Source: Mobula hypostoma
Taxonomy: Eukaryota
DNA: 64,000 nucleotides
Assembly (NCBI RefSeq): GCF_963921235.1
Contig: NC_086118.1
Span: 22,570,001-22,634,000, forward strand
Direction: 5' to 3'
The position numbers and the translations under genes were made by a program. Of the stretch, positions 63,591 to 64,000 are shown piece after piece; within the stretch, counting starts at the first letter, position 1, and every line of letters starts with the position of its first letter. The notes beneath the pieces were generated by a model. That model was given only the letters and a program-made list of their open reading frames with translations, searched no databases and was not told the DNA's origin.

Positions 63591-64000
63591 ATATTTTTGA
63601 AACTGGGTTTCAACAAAGACACTGGAACTGAACTTTAGCAGTAGAGCACAATACATGGAAACTATTAAGTCCTGCATTTGACAAAATAGAACTAGAATTT
63701 TTATTCAAGGAAAACACTTAAAAATGTGGATACCAAAAACGTCATCAGTAACTAGGGTCCTGTTGTAGTTGGTATGATGAGGACCACCATGAGGAGAACA
63801 TTACTTAAGTTCTTGGAAAAATGTCTTTATGGAAAAATAGCAGGTCATTAATATTTTTCTGTTATTTTAAATTCCTCTAAGGTATGTTGGCTGACCATTA
63901 ATTTTGGTTTGCAAGAGATAAAAGCTTTTCATGGCAATGCTTGGTCAAGACCGCAAGTCTGTTGAATGAATTTCAGGTCACATTTCAAACGCTAACATCT

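Noticed and set aside
29995..64000. HS3ST3 exon 1 (GVKKGGTRALLE motif, transmembrane segment, CpG island)
   Set aside because: No such ORF or island seen; presumed to lie outside the window.
1..64000. CRISPR array, prokaryotic operon, rRNA or genuine tRNA genes
   Set aside because: No regularly spaced repeats or gene-dense segments; tRNA-like A/B boxes are SINE heads.

Overview
Vertebrate genomic DNA that is AT-rich, CpG-depleted and repeat-dense. The mix of CR1 LINEs, V-SINEs, Rex/Babar tails and Neptune-type Penelope elements suggests a cartilaginous fish (inference). The only host coding sequence found is the last exon of a heparan sulfate 3-O-sulfotransferase 3 gene (HS3ST3A1/B1 type, minus strand, 29373-29994). 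Exon 1 is not in the window, so 29995-64000 is presumably intron 1. The rest is transposon-derived: CR1 copies of several ages, a decayed Gypsy element with two LTRs, solo LTRs, Tc1 and pogo-like DNA elements, SINEs, and many Penelope-like element (PLE) pieces. Highlights: (1) the PLE terminal repeat carries a minimal hammerhead ribozyme core (CTGAYGA..GAAAC-GTC), intact in two copies and present in about ten short or fold-back derivatives; (2) a TSD-flanked PLE has ~685-bp inverted arms; (3) a solo LTR contains a perfect 26-bp inverted copy of its own terminus; (4) the HS3ST3 exon has substitutions at usually conserved sites; (5) a CpG-undepleted island near 8.4-8.9 kb is unexplained. All calls were made by eye, without database searches.
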